A stretch of DNA of 28,244 bases, taken from positions 1-28,244 of the forward strand of contig JAJXXN010000191.1 in assembly GCA_021781075.1 (NCBI GenBank), read 5' to 3'. Positions within the stretch are counted from its first letter, which is position 1, and each line of letters begins with the position of its first letter. Shown here in pieces: positions 17,742 through 27,411 of the stretch. Origin of the DNA: Acidobacteriota bacterium (GTDB lineage: Bacteria > Acidobacteriota > Terriglobia > Terriglobales > Acidobacteriaceae). The notes beneath the pieces are model-generated. The model made no database searches. It had not been told where the DNA came from and was given only the letters and a program-made list of their open reading frames with translations. The position numbers and the translations under genes were made by a program.

Positions 17742-18646
17742 TTCGCTGATTTGCCCTGCGCGCCACTTCCAATTTGCTGAATGATTGTTCCTGATGGCAC
17801 TTTGATCTGGAATTGATCATCACTCAACTGCATATTGGCCACAACTTTTTCAACGGTCAAAATCAGCTGATACTCTTCAATTGGCCTTTTGATGATCACG
17901 ACACCGGGATACATTTCATCCCCGGTCTTGCTGTATTTGGAATAGAAAACCTGTGTTTCCAAGTTGCCATCCACGTCATAAAGGTCCTGCTCGTATGGCA
18001 AAAGATCTTCACGGTGAAAGTACACAACACGCACCGGTTGCAATTCCAACGAGCCTGGTTTCTGGCGCATGATGCTTAGAATATATTCGGGAGTCAAAAA
18101 TAGGTGTTTCCGGCTGGCATCTTCAAGTGTCACAGTGTCTGCTGTGACAGCATAAAGGTCTGCTGCATCCAATCCTCGCACAATCATTGCGTCGAAAAAT
18201 GTGTTTGGCCGCAGGTTTTCTTCAAGTGTAGCCGAGCGTTTATGTGATTTATTGGATCCCTTGATGGCTTTGCCACGCGGCGGAATATAGAGGGTGTAAG
18301 TAGAGCCATCACTCGTCAGGTCGAACATGCGCCCGCCGACAACTGGGTATTGACCCAGCACGCGCAACATGGACGGTTTCCGCATCAGGATGTGGCCTCG
18401 AAACACAGGATAATCTTTTGTGATTCCTTCCTTGCTTTTTGTCATGCTGGCTTTGATTTCAACTGTGGCGTTGAGTGTGTCAAAGTGGCTCCAGCGTTCA
18501 TTCAGGTGCGCCACCAGCTCTTCCGCAGTAGCGGTGATCACGGCATCCGGTGCTTTGGGTATCGGCAATTTCCGCTTTGTGGGCAACAGACAACCCGGGA
18601 GAATAAGCAACAGCAGGGGCGAAGCATAAAGAAGGATTTTCTTCAT
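17738..18646 (-). CDS. Lipoprotein, LolA/LolB-like fold suspected
   Basis: Lipobox LPGC at residue 19; beta-rich, ends LSDDQFQIKVP; ATGA-type overlap with mltG. Confidence 0.65.
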   Translation of the reverse strand: MKKILLYASPLLLLILPGCLLPTKRKLPIPKAPDAVITATAEELVAHLNERWSHFDTLNATVEIKASMTKSKEGITKDYPVFRGHILMRKPSMLRVLGQYPVVGGRMFDLTSDGSTYTLYIPPRGKAIKGSNKSHKRSATLEENLRPNTFFDAMIVRGLDAADLYAVTADTVTLEDASRKHLFLTPEYILSIMRQKPGSLELQPVRVVYFHREDLLPYEQDLYDVDGNLETQVFYSKYSKTGDEMYPGVVIIKRPIEEYQLILTVEKVVANMQLSDDQFQIKVPSGTIIQQIGSGAQGKSAN

Positions 18647-19695
18647 CGTCCACCTGCATTCTTCCTGGCTTTACGGTATGCCCCGACTGCGCGGTCATGC
18701 TCCGCAAGAGTTGCGGAAAAATGCGAGGCGCCCTGCGCATCCGCTCCGGCGGCAACAAAGTAGAGATAATTGGTTTGCGCCGGGTGCATGGCCGCTTCAA
18801 TTGAACGCAAGCCTGGATTTGAGATCGGGCCCGGCGGTAAGCCAGCATGAAGATATGTGTTGTAGGCGGTATCGCGCTTCAAGTCAGAAGCATAAATTGT
18901 GCCGCGCCATATCCCTTCCAGTTCGAGCCCATAAATAATGGATGGATCTGTGGCCAAAGGCATCTTTTTAGCAAGACGATTTTGAAACACACTCGCCACC
19001 AGAGGTCTCTCCGCATCAACAGCAGTCTCTTTTTCAATCAAAGAGGCAAGCGTGATAATGTTGTGCATCTGCGTTGATTCAATTCCAGCTTGTGCGGCTT
19101 CCATACGGAAGCGCCTGACCATTTGAGTTATGATTTGCACGACTGTGGCTTTGCGTGGAAATTTATATGTGTCTGGGAAGAGATAGCCTTCGAGCGTTTT
19201 CGCTTGGGGATCGAGATCGGAGATCAAACTGGATTCATTTGCAGCCGCGGTGAGAAAATCCGCGCGTGAAGCAAACCCGTCCCGCTGCAAAATTGCTGCG
19301 ATATCAAACAAATTGGACCCTTCGGGTATGGTGACGGAGATGGTATACACATCACCGCGTTCCAGCCGCTCACAGACTTCTGCAGCGGTCAAGGGATGGT
19401 CGAAGCGGTATTCCCCGGCTTTCAACTTCAACCGGGTATGAGCGCTCATCCAACAGGCGAGGCGGAAGAGATAAGGCGAACGAATGATGCCGGCCTCGGC
19501 CAGCGTATGAGCTATTTGCGCGCTGTTTGAGCCCGGGTGAATCTCAACAAAGGTTTCCTCTTCGGGTCCGTATGGGGTTTTAGCGGCCCAATACCCGGCT
19601 GCAAGCACAGAGGCAAAGGCGAGCACTGTCATTAGCATCAACAGTGTTGCCGCTTTGCCGCGCTTTTTGCCGTATTTCATTCGACGCGCTGTCAT
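18643..19695 (-). CDS. mltG: Endolytic transglycosylase
   Basis: N-terminal TM helix, LKAGEY, LEGYLFPDTY, LASLIEKET, YNTYLHAGLPPGPISNPG, YLYFV. Confidence 0.95.
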   Translation of the reverse strand: MTARRMKYGKKRGKAATLLMLMTVLAFASVLAAGYWAAKTPYGPEEETFVEIHPGSNSAQIAHTLAEAGIIRSPYLFRLACWMSAHTRLKLKAGEYRFDHPLTAAEVCERLERGDVYTISVTIPEGSNLFDIAAILQRDGFASRADFLTAAANESSLISDLDPQAKTLEGYLFPDTYKFPRKATVVQIITQMVRRFRMEAAQAGIESTQMHNIITLASLIEKETAVDAERPLVASVFQNRLAKKMPLATDPSIIYGLELEGIWRGTIYASDLKRDTAYNTYLHAGLPPGPISNPGLRSIEAAMHPAQTNYLYFVAAGADAQGASHFSATLAEHDRAVGAYRKARKNAGGR

Positions 19696-19839
19696 GCCAG
19701 TATGAATTTATCACCCTGATTGGACGTGATTTACCGTAAAAACCACCAATTTAATTATATCGTTTCCTGCGTTTGCCCCAGCTTCAATCCAGGCTTTGAG
19801 TGTGATTCACCAGTAAGGCATTCCGTTTATTCTTGAGAT

Positions 19840-20313
19840 GTGAACAATGTAACTCAACAACCACGCTATTTGGCTCTCGATATTGGCCAAAAGCGAATCG
19901 GCATCGCAGTAAGTGATGAGTTAAAAGTCACGGCGCACCCGGTAATGACACTGGTCCGTAGGCCCCACACCAGAGAGGATCTGCGTTCCATTGCGCGCCT
20001 GGCTCGGAAGTATGCCGTAGCTGGCATTGTTGTTGGCGACCCGTTGCATCTCTCCGGTGAAGCGAGCAGCCAGACCTTGCGTGCTCGTGAGTTTGCGCGT
20101 CAACTGGGTGAATTGACCGGCCTGCCCATTCATCTGCATGACGAGCGATTGACAAGCCGTGAGGCCCACCAGATTCTTTATGAGGCTGGTCATCCACGCC
20201 AGGAACACAGTCGGCAAGTGGACCAAGTGGCGGCGGTGTTGATTTTGGAATCATTCTTACAGCAGCAGGATAGTCGGATGGACAGTGCTGGAAGCAGTGA
20301 TAAAAGCGTATAA
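19840..20313 (+). CDS. ruvX: YqgF/RuvX family pre-16S rRNA nuclease
   Basis: LALDIGQKRIGIAVSD, VVGDP, DERLTS, VDQVAAVLILE. Confidence 0.93.
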   Translation: MNNVTQQPRYLALDIGQKRIGIAVSDELKVTAHPVMTLVRRPHTREDLRSIARLARKYAVAGIVVGDPLHLSGEASSQTLRAREFARQLGELTGLPIHLHDERLTSREAHQILYEAGHPRQEHSRQVDQVAAVLILESFLQQQDSRMDSAGSSDKSV

Positions 20314-20314
20314 T
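20309..20314 (+). promoter_or_regulatory. Candidate -10 hexamer for greA, overlapping the ruvX stop codon
   Basis: Perfect TATAAT 36 nt before the greA ATG; no good -35. Confidence 0.3.
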
Positions 20315-20350
20315 TACAGCAGATTTTGACTTTCCCACATCGGACGCCGA

Positions 20351-20842
20351 ATGCCCGACCACATAAAAAAACAACTCCAGGCCGAGATTCACCAGCTTGA
20401 ACACGAGCTGGCTCATGAGCTGCCGGCTGAGATCAAGAAGGCCGTTGCGCTTGGTGATCTATCAGAGAATGCCGAATACCATATGGCCAAGCAGCGCCAA
20501 GTGTTTGTGAATGCGCGCCTTGGCCAGTTAAAGAAACGCATGGCAGAGCTATCGCTTGTCAACCTGGCGAATATACCCCGGGATCGGGCGGCCTTTGGCT
20601 CGACAATTGTGGTTTATGACACGTCGAAAGATGAGGAGATTGTTTACCGGCTGGTGACAAGCGAGGAATCGGACGTAACAAAAGGCCTGATTTCAACAAC
20701 ATCACCCATTGGCCGTGGCCTGGTTGGCAAGCAGGTGGGCGAGACGGCTACGATTGTGACCCCTAACGGCAAGCGGGACCTTGAGATTCTCAAGATCACA
20801 ACCATCCACGATGAAGTGGGCGAATCAGAAGAAGAGAAGTAA
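20351..20842 (+). CDS. greA: Transcription elongation factor GreA/GreB family
   Basis: GDLSENAEY, ISTTSPIGRGLVGKQVGE. Confidence 0.92.
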   Translation: MPDHIKKQLQAEIHQLEHELAHELPAEIKKAVALGDLSENAEYHMAKQRQVFVNARLGQLKKRMAELSLVNLANIPRDRAAFGSTIVVYDTSKDEEIVYRLVTSEESDVTKGLISTTSPIGRGLVGKQVGETATIVTPNGKRDLEILKITTIHDEVGESEEEK

Positions 20843-20850
20843 GCAACATT

Positions 20851-21492
20851 ATGGCGACAACGTGGACTAGCGCTTTTGGCAACGCGTGCGGCTGGTTGCT
20901 TAACCGCATTGTGCGCGGGCTTGCGCTTACACGCGTTTCTCCCAATGTACTGACCTTTATCGGCCTCTGCATCAACCTCGTCGCCGCATATATTTTTGGC
21001 CATGCCAATGTCACCAACGCCGGACGGATGTTTTTTTATGCAGGCCTGGTGATTATCGGCGCGGGACTATTCGACATGGTGGATGGGCGCGTGGCGCGCA
21101 ATACCAACCAGGTTACGGTCTTCGGGGCGTTTTTTGATTCGGTGATAGACCGCTATTCGGACGTGGTGCTGTTCTTTGGGATACTGGTTTACTATGCCAG
21201 AATCAACCATTTCCGGTATGTGGTGCTGACGGCGTTTGTGATGGTGACCTCGCTGATGGTCAGCTATACACGGGCACGTGCCGAGGCGTTGATTGGCCAG
21301 TGCAAGGTTGGCTTCATGGAGCGGCCGGAGCGGATTGTGCTGGTGATTCTGGGCGCGCTTGGTTACCATTTTGGTGTGATGGCGCCTGTATTGTGGGTGC
21401 TGGCGATTCTTTCCACGCTGACAGTGGTGCACCGCATCAGCTACACCTACCAGAACACGAAGCATTTGCCTCGAACGGTGGATAGCCAGTAG
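20851..21492 (+). CDS. CDP-alcohol phosphatidyltransferase
   Basis: SPNVLT, DMVDGRVAR...GAFFDSVID, SYTRARAE, GFMERPER. Confidence 0.9.
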   Translation: MATTWTSAFGNACGWLLNRIVRGLALTRVSPNVLTFIGLCINLVAAYIFGHANVTNAGRMFFYAGLVIIGAGLFDMVDGRVARNTNQVTVFGAFFDSVIDRYSDVVLFFGILVYYARINHFRYVVLTAFVMVTSLMVSYTRARAEALIGQCKVGFMERPERIVLVILGALGYHFGVMAPVLWVLAILSTLTVVHRISYTYQNTKHLPRTVDSQ

Positions 21493-21525
21493 CATTTTGT
21501 CCGCTTATAGACAGTAAAATTCCAA

Positions 21526-21551
21526 GCTCCATAATTTGCAGGGTATGGAGC
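21526..21551. terminator. Hairpin between convergent genes
   Basis: GCTCCATA-N10-TATGGAGC; no strong U-tract. Confidence 0.35.
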
Positions 21552-21553
21552 CG

Positions 21554-22042
21554 TCAGCAATTCACGACCACTGACGAGCAGCCCTCACGGTACGGCCGCC
21601 ACTCCAATAGAAAATCAGTGACAGAGCGCGGATCCATGCGGCCCATGGATTCAAATTCACCGGAGCGCTGGCTATAAAGGAGCTTGCCGCCTTCGGAGAG
21701 CACGGCCAGTGCGGGGACGCCACGCTCGAGCGGGATTTTATACTTGGCGGCGAGAGCGAGGTTGGCGTCGTAGTGGCCGATATTGATGTGCACCAGCACG
21801 AAGTTTTTCTCGAGCAGCATGGCATTCTGGTCGCGGTGCAGGTAGAGGTCCAATACCTGGCAGTCTGCGCACCAGTTACCGCCAAAATCGAGGAGAATAC
21901 GCTTGTGGCCGAGTGCGGCGGCCTTGAGGGCTGCGGCGAGGTCACGCGAGGCCTGCTCCGGTGCAGGGTAGATTGCGCGCGGGGATTGGGCGGGAATGGC
22001 ACAGCCAACAAGGATCAGTAGGACAAAACTCAGGTTTTTCAT
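21554..22042 (-). CDS. Exported thioredoxin-family protein
   Basis: LLDFGGNWCADC, cis-Pro motif GVPAL, hydrophobic leader with possible lipobox LVGC. Confidence 0.85.
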   Translation of the reverse strand: MKNLSFVLLILVGCAIPAQSPRAIYPAPEQASRDLAAALKAAALGHKRILLDFGGNWCADCQVLDLYLHRDQNAMLLEKNFVLVHINIGHYDANLALAAKYKIPLERGVPALAVLSEGGKLLYSQRSGEFESMGRMDPRSVTDFLLEWRPYREGCSSVVVNC

Positions 22043-22110
22043 TCAGTCTCACGATTGTCAGAATTGCATGCCTGATAGAAAGATGCGTGCTGCGAATGTG
22101 CGGTTACAAC

Positions 22111-22146
22111 AAAAATACAACGGGCGCCCGCGAAGGGCGCCCGTTG
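22111..22146 (-). terminator. Intrinsic terminator of the TonB receptor gene
   Basis: CAACGGGCGCCC-N5-GGGCGCCCGTTG followed by TATTTTT on the minus strand. Confidence 0.8.
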
Positions 22147-22166
22147 AGGTTGCAAGGAGGATCCGA

Positions 22167-25100
22167 TTAGAACTCGAACCTGCCGTGAAGTTGAAGCACG
22201 CGTTGGGTAACCGCCGCGCCCTGGAAGGAGCCGTAGGGGCTGGTCGGAGGAGCAACAGTGCTGGTAATCAAGCCATATCCACCATTACCCGCAGCGGTAC
22301 CTGGGTTAGAGAAGTTGACATGGTTGAAGATGTTGTAGGCATTGGCACCGATCTGGAAGTTGATCTTGTTGTGCCGATACAGTGTTTTCAACAAGCTGAT
22401 GTCCGTATCAAAGTAATGCGGACCGTAGAGTGCGTTTCTACGGACATCACCAAAGGTAGTTTGAGAGCCTGCAGGGACCAAATCCGTTATGGCCAAAGCG
22501 GAAGTATACACCGCTTGATGCGGATTGGAACCACTGGTATTGGTCAAAGTGGTAACGCCAGGGGCCTTTTGAGGCATGAAGGCGGCACCAAGGTTGGTGT
22601 AGCCGTCGTTGCCCAAAATTGCATTCGTGATGGAGAAAGGAATACCGCCACGGGCATAGAATTTGCCACCAATCGTCCAACCGCCCAGAACCGTATCAAG
22701 AAGAAGATTTGAGCTCTTGTACGGCTCGACATAGACAAAGTCGCCTACGAAGTTATTGCGAATATCGTAGTCGGCATTCGAATAGTTCAGGTTCAGGGAG
22801 GACATATTCGGTGTCAACTGACCGCCGATTGACCCTGCGTTGAAGTTTTCACCAACACCGCCATTGGAAATGGTATCCAAGGCGTGGCTAAAGGTATAGC
22901 TGACTTCAGCATGAAGGCCATGACCATCATACTTGCCTGCAACCCAAATGCCATTGTAGTTCGAGTGCCCACTGTTGGTGTAAGCCGTAACACGAGTGTA
23001 GCTTGGGTCGGCAGGAGGTGCATCCAGGCCAGCAAATGACCCCGCGGCTCCGATAACCCATGAACCGCTGAACGGATCCCATGTGTTGTCAGACGCGTTG
23101 ATGAATTGATCCTGCAGGATTTCGTTGTAGCCATAGTTGCCTGTGTAGTTGATGACCATGGCAAAGTTCTGAGTGATTCCGCGTTGAATCTGCAGGTTGT
23201 ACTCAAGATACTCTGGCACGCGGAACTTGCCGGGGAAATAGGCATTAATCGCAGGCGGGTTAAAGGGGACGCCTTGGCTCAGCAACGTCGAGTTGATCGC
23301 ACTCAAGCCCTGACCCGACGTAAACCCGGATTCAACGGCAGTATTTGAAGCTGCTGTGTTATAGCCCGTGGACGTTGCGCCGGAGGGGGCAATGTTGCCG
23401 TAGTACGTGGTTTCCGCGTTGTAATTCGGGAAGCCCTGGATGGAGTTATCGAGGAAGCCCGCAGGATAGAGGTCGGAGAAGAGACCGATGCCGCCACGGA
23501 TTTCCGTCTTGTCGTCCACCGAGTAGTTGAAGCCAACGCGAGGCTGGAAGTTGAAAATTTCAACACTCGGGAAGGGGTGGGCATTGGCTGCGCGGATAGA
23601 CCCGCCATTGGCAAAATTGTAAGGCTGGCTCGTGGAGGCTCCGCCATTCGGGAAACTACCCACATAGCTTGAGAAGCAATTGCCGTTGCAGAGCGGGTTG
23701 CCTGTGCGGTCAATGCGGATGCCGTAGGTGAGTTTGAATTTGGAGTTGAGCTGCCATTCATCCTGGCCATAGAAGCCAACGTTGTAGAGGGCAAGGCGCG
23801 CGGTCAAGGCATTGCTGTAAGCCTGGTTGAATGAGTTGTAACCTGTGGGGAAGTAGTTATTCAAACTACCGCTGGCGAAGTCACCCAAGTCCAAAATGAC
23901 AGTGTATGGGAAGACGGTGTTGATGCGCTGGTCGTAATCCTCTACATCATCACGGCGGAAGTTCACACCCGTCTTGAAGGTGTGCTTGCCATGAATCCAG
24001 GTAAAGTCATCTTCAAACTGATACTGGGTGACGTTGCGACCCTGGGTCAGATAGAAAGGAACACCAAGCTCAGGCAAACCTGGCGCAGAATTCACACCGC
24101 TGCCATCGAGTCCAAAATCTGAATAAAAAAAGTTGATGGGCAGTTCAGCGTACGAAGCCGGGGTGTTTGTCGGGCCAAAGTAGGCTGAGTACCAGTTTGC
24201 AGCTGCGACAAAGACGTTGGTTGTGTTCGGGTTGAAGGCATAGCTGTCATCGAACTGGCCTTCATACTCTGGCTGGATTGAGACCGCGCTGAAGAGCGGG
24301 TCGATAAAGCTGGTGTAGGTGGGCTGGGAGCCGTGGTCGACCTTGAAGCGGCCAAAGATGCGGTGCTTGTCGTTGACCTGCCAGTCAATACGGTCGGTGT
24401 TGAGCCACTCAATGTTGATGTTGTTCGCCGAAGCGGAGCCAACATTCATACAAGGCGTGTCCACGCCGAAAGTACCGCCGCCGGGAGCCAGGGTTCCAGC
24501 CAGATCGCCGCAACCCAAGTTGCCAGTACCATCCTGGTTGGGAGCGGAACCGTTAGTTACCGGAATCGCCGTGGCATAGGCTGGTGACTTCTGGAAGGCC
24601 GCGATGACCTGTCCGTATGTTGTGGCCGAAACTGGAGCGACGTTTTCAGTCATCCAAGTCTGCAACTGGGTTGTTGGGAAGGTAAGAAAACCGCTTGAAC
24701 CTGGAAGCACATAACGGAGGCCTTCGTAATCGGCAAAGAAGAAGACCTTGTCCTTGATGATGGGGCCGCCCGCGTTGACCGCCCACTCATTGGAGACGGC
24801 ATGAGGACGTGATAATGGTTGCTTGCTCAAACTTTCATCAAATTGATTGAACCAGCCGTTGGCATTGAGCATGGAGCCGTTCCAGTTGTAGTCGGCTTCG
24901 CCATGAAACTGATTACCACCGCTCTTGGTGTTGTAGTAGAGCAATGCACCGGCAGCGCGGCCATATTGGGAGTTGTAACCGTTTTCAACGACGGTGGCCT
25001 CAGCAAGTTCGCCCTGGCCCAAGGTCAGGTTCGAGCTGCCAGAGTTGTTGAGGTTGAGGAATGGATCCTGGTTGTCAAAACCGTTAAGCACGAAAAGGTT

Positions 25101-25679
25101 GGAGATGCCAGGGATGCCGTTGGCGCTGAAGTTGCCATAAGAGCCACCAACGTTGACAACAACACCGGGGGCGGTGAAGGCCACGGTGGTTACGTCACCA
25201 CCGGGGGTGGGCAGGTCTTCAATCTGCGATTCATTGAATGTGGTAGCGATAGCCACGTTCTGGGTATCAACCAGAGGCAAGTTGGTAGCCGAGACTTCAA
25301 CCTTGGTGACATCACCCTTGGGGGTGACATTGATGTCCGCGGTCACTGTGGTGCCGACGAGGACTTCCACTGAAGTCGCATTCGACTGAAGGTTCTGCGC
25401 AACAGCAGAAACCTTGTAGACGCCGGTATTGAGTTCGCTGGCGGTGTAACGACCAAGTGAATTAGTCGTTATGACTCGTGTGGCGTTGGTTGCCACGTTC
25501 ACAATGGTCACCTTGGCGTTGGGAACCAACGCGCCTGTGGGATCCTTGACTTCGCCGCTGATACCGCCCGAAGTGGCGCTTTGTGCATGGGCGACCGGAG
25601 CCAGATTGACGAGCACAAAGCTGCCAACCATGAGCATCAGGACCGCGAGAATTGCTCCGTGCAAACGATTGAATCGCAT
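22167..25679 (-). CDS. TonB-dependent receptor-like outer-membrane protein (Oar type) with N-terminal carboxypeptidase-regulatory-like domain
   Basis: 1170 aa; signal peptide; ISGEVKDPTGALVPNAKVTI; TKSGGNQFHGE; YGQDEWQL; FQPRVGFNY; terminal Phe (GRFEF); GGAGG RBS. Confidence 0.9.
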   Translation of the reverse strand: MRFNRLHGAILAVLMLMVGSFVLVNLAPVAHAQSATSGGISGEVKDPTGALVPNAKVTIVNVATNATRVITTNSLGRYTASELNTGVYKVSAVAQNLQSNATSVEVLVGTTVTADINVTPKGDVTKVEVSATNLPLVDTQNVAIATTFNESQIEDLPTPGGDVTTVAFTAPGVVVNVGGSYGNFSANGIPGISNLFVLNGFDNQDPFLNLNNSGSSNLTLGQGELAEATVVENGYNSQYGRAAGALLYYNTKSGGNQFHGEADYNWNGSMLNANGWFNQFDESLSKQPLSRPHAVSNEWAVNAGGPIIKDKVFFFADYEGLRYVLPGSSGFLTFPTTQLQTWMTENVAPVSATTYGQVIAAFQKSPAYATAIPVTNGSAPNQDGTGNLGCGDLAGTLAPGGGTFGVDTPCMNVGSASANNINIEWLNTDRIDWQVNDKHRIFGRFKVDHGSQPTYTSFIDPLFSAVSIQPEYEGQFDDSYAFNPNTTNVFVAAANWYSAYFGPTNTPASYAELPINFFYSDFGLDGSGVNSAPGLPELGVPFYLTQGRNVTQYQFEDDFTWIHGKHTFKTGVNFRRDDVEDYDQRINTVFPYTVILDLGDFASGSLNNYFPTGYNSFNQAYSNALTARLALYNVGFYGQDEWQLNSKFKLTYGIRIDRTGNPLCNGNCFSSYVGSFPNGGASTSQPYNFANGGSIRAANAHPFPSVEIFNFQPRVGFNYSVDDKTEIRGGIGLFSDLYPAGFLDNSIQGFPNYNAETTYYGNIAPSGATSTGYNTAASNTAVESGFTSGQGLSAINSTLLSQGVPFNPPAINAYFPGKFRVPEYLEYNLQIQRGITQNFAMVINYTGNYGYNEILQDQFINASDNTWDPFSGSWVIGAAGSFAGLDAPPADPSYTRVTAYTNSGHSNYNGIWVAGKYDGHGLHAEVSYTFSHALDTISNGGVGENFNAGSIGGQLTPNMSSLNLNYSNADYDIRNNFVGDFVYVEPYKSSNLLLDTVLGGWTIGGKFYARGGIPFSITNAILGNDGYTNLGAAFMPQKAPGVTTLTNTSGSNPHQAVYTSALAITDLVPAGSQTTFGDVRRNALYGPHYFDTDISLLKTLYRHNKINFQIGANAYNIFNHVNFSNPGTAAGNGGYGLITSTVAPPTSPYGSFQGAAVTQRVLQLHGRFEF

Positions 25680-25904
25680 GGAATTCCTCCAAGATTGATA
25701 AGGCATCTGAAAATAGACCGTCAGATTGCCGGGTTTTTAAGATTGCGTATTGGATAGAGAGAAAAGCATCCAATCCGCAGCATGTGTGTTTCGGTTTTCC
25801 CTTCAATAAGAGCTAAATAGCGAATTTGAAGGGCCCAGTTTTGACCGACTCACCACCCGCCACGGCAACCCGTAACAAAACGGCAGTCAGATTCGGGAAG
25901 ATAG

Positions 25905-25922
25905 ATGCACGTTGTGTGCCAA
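25905..25922 (-). promoter_or_regulatory. Sigma54 (-24/-12) promoter for the TonB receptor
   Basis: TTGGCAC-acaac-GTGCAT, exact GG-N10-GC spacing, in an intergenic region pointing at the gene. Confidence 0.6.
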
Positions 25923-26095
25923 AATGAAAATTTGAAAAATTAATTGGAAGTGACTGAAAACAATGTTAAATAGGTGGATGGTCGAGGTCTGATTCACCGA
26001 ATTACTATGGAAAACTGTATGAAAATTCACCACTTTTCTGTATTTTGTTACTGGAGTGCGGTGATGGTGGTAAGGACTGGGTTAAGCTCGAAGGT

Positions 26096-26533
26096 ATGCA
26101 GATTACGGTGGCACATATAGGGGGCAAGATTCCGGAGCCGTGGGCTGGGCTGACGGAGGAGTATGTGCGTCGTTTGGGCGCGTATGCGATAGCCGGGAGC
26201 CAGGGGTTCCGTAGCGAGGCAGTGCTGGTGGATTGGATGGCGCGACAGAAGAGCGGGCCGGTGCTGGTGTTGATGGACAGCCGGGGGCGCGGGATGAGCT
26301 CGGAAGGCCTGGCGGATTTTGTGGAGCAGCACCGGGAACGCGGGACGCGGCATTTGGTGTTTGCGATAGGGCCAGCGGATGGGTGGAGCGCGGGGATGCA
26401 GGAGCGGGCTGGGAGCGTGCTCTCGCTCGGCGAAATGACACTGGCTCATGCGCTGGCGCGCCTGGTGCTGGCGGAGCAGTTATACAGAGCGCATACTATT
26501 CTGGCGGGGCATCCGTACCATACGGGGCATTGA
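26096..26533 (+). CDS. rlmH: 23S rRNA (pseudouridine1915-N3)-methyltransferase
   Basis: MDSRG..MSSE, FAIGPADG, LSLGEMTLAHALARLVLAEQLYRA, GHPYH. Confidence 0.93.
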   Translation: MQITVAHIGGKIPEPWAGLTEEYVRRLGAYAIAGSQGFRSEAVLVDWMARQKSGPVLVLMDSRGRGMSSEGLADFVEQHRERGTRHLVFAIGPADGWSAGMQERAGSVLSLGEMTLAHALARLVLAEQLYRAHTILAGHPYHTGH

Positions 26534-26729
26534 TGGCGACAGGAGACAGGGCTCTCGCACAGGGCTTGGGGCGTAGTGAGAACGATTGGATGGGTTGGTG
26601 ATTCAAGCCCAGCGGAAATTGGACAGCGGATATTTTGATGGAGTGAATTCCTGGCATTGACGCGGGAGCATCAATGCTAGGATGAAGCGGTTGATCAGGC
26701 TGAATTGAAAGCCGGTGGGGGAAACAGAC

Positions 26730-27290
26730 ATGCAGCGTGGATTGATGTTGATTACGACAGGCGCGGGCAAGGGGAAGACGACAGCGGCAATGGGAATGGC
26801 TTTGCGCGCGGTGGGCAATGGAATGAATGTGCTGATGCTGCAATTTTTGAAGGGGAGCTGGCACTACGGGGAGCTGGACGCGGCAAAGGCTTTTACCGGG
26901 GTGGGCGACGGCGATGGCGGCAGCGGGCTGGGGCGGTTTGAGATTCGTCAACTGGGGCGGGGGTTTGTGAAGGTGGGCAATGCGGAGACAGACCCGGCGG
27001 ATGTGCGGATGGTGCGCGAGGGATGGGAAGAGGCGCGGCGGGAGATATTGAGCGACAAGTGGGAGATGGTGGTGCTGGATGAGATTAATTATGCGATTTC
27101 ATATGGGTTTATTACGGCGGTGGAAGTAGCGGAGACACTGAAGGCGCGGCCGGAGCGGCTGCATGTGATTTTGACCGGGCGGAATGCCAGCCCGGTGCTG
27201 GTGGAGATGGCGGACACGGTGACGGAGATGAAGGAAGTGAAGCACGCGTACCAGAAGGGGATTCAGGCGGCGCTGGGGATTGAGTATTGA
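26730..27290 (+). CDS. cobO: Cob(I)yrinic acid a,c-diamide adenosyltransferase (CobO/BtuR)
   Basis: TGAGKGKTTAAMG, QFLKG, VVLDEI, ILTGR, ADTVTEM, GIEY. Confidence 0.92.
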   Translation: MQRGLMLITTGAGKGKTTAAMGMALRAVGNGMNVLMLQFLKGSWHYGELDAAKAFTGVGDGDGGSGLGRFEIRQLGRGFVKVGNAETDPADVRMVREGWEEARREILSDKWEMVVLDEINYAISYGFITAVEVAETLKARPERLHVILTGRNASPVLVEMADTVTEMKEVKHAYQKGIQAALGIEY

Positions 27291-27411
27291 GAGCAGCACA
27301 GAAGATTTGAAGTGGCGAGACTGTGCTGGATTGATAAACAAGGGAAATTTTATCAATAAGTTAAAGCGGCAGGCTGTGAAACACAAAGACACAGGCGCGT
27401 TTTTTGGGGGG

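Noticed and set aside
14000-20000. Replication origin at the apparent skew switch
   Set aside because: No DnaA-box cluster, no dnaA/dnaN and no long AT-rich unwinding element seen.
151-21495. Many overlapping alternative-frame ORFs in the track (e.g. 151..798, 2509..3129, 3898..4560, 4523..5230, 7328..7933, 13911..14438)
   Set aside because: They overlap well-supported genes and have the Arg/Pro/Ala-rich composition of GC-rich shadow frames.
21996-25806. Plus-strand ORFs (e.g. 21996..22712, 24819..25373) opposite the TonB receptor
   Set aside because: Antisense shadows of a long, codon-biased gene; no motifs or RBS.
25680-26729. Cobalamin riboswitch, suggested by a TonB receptor near cobO
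   Set aside because: No B12-box or GCAACTG core seen on either strand; the receptor is Oar-like, not BtuB-like.
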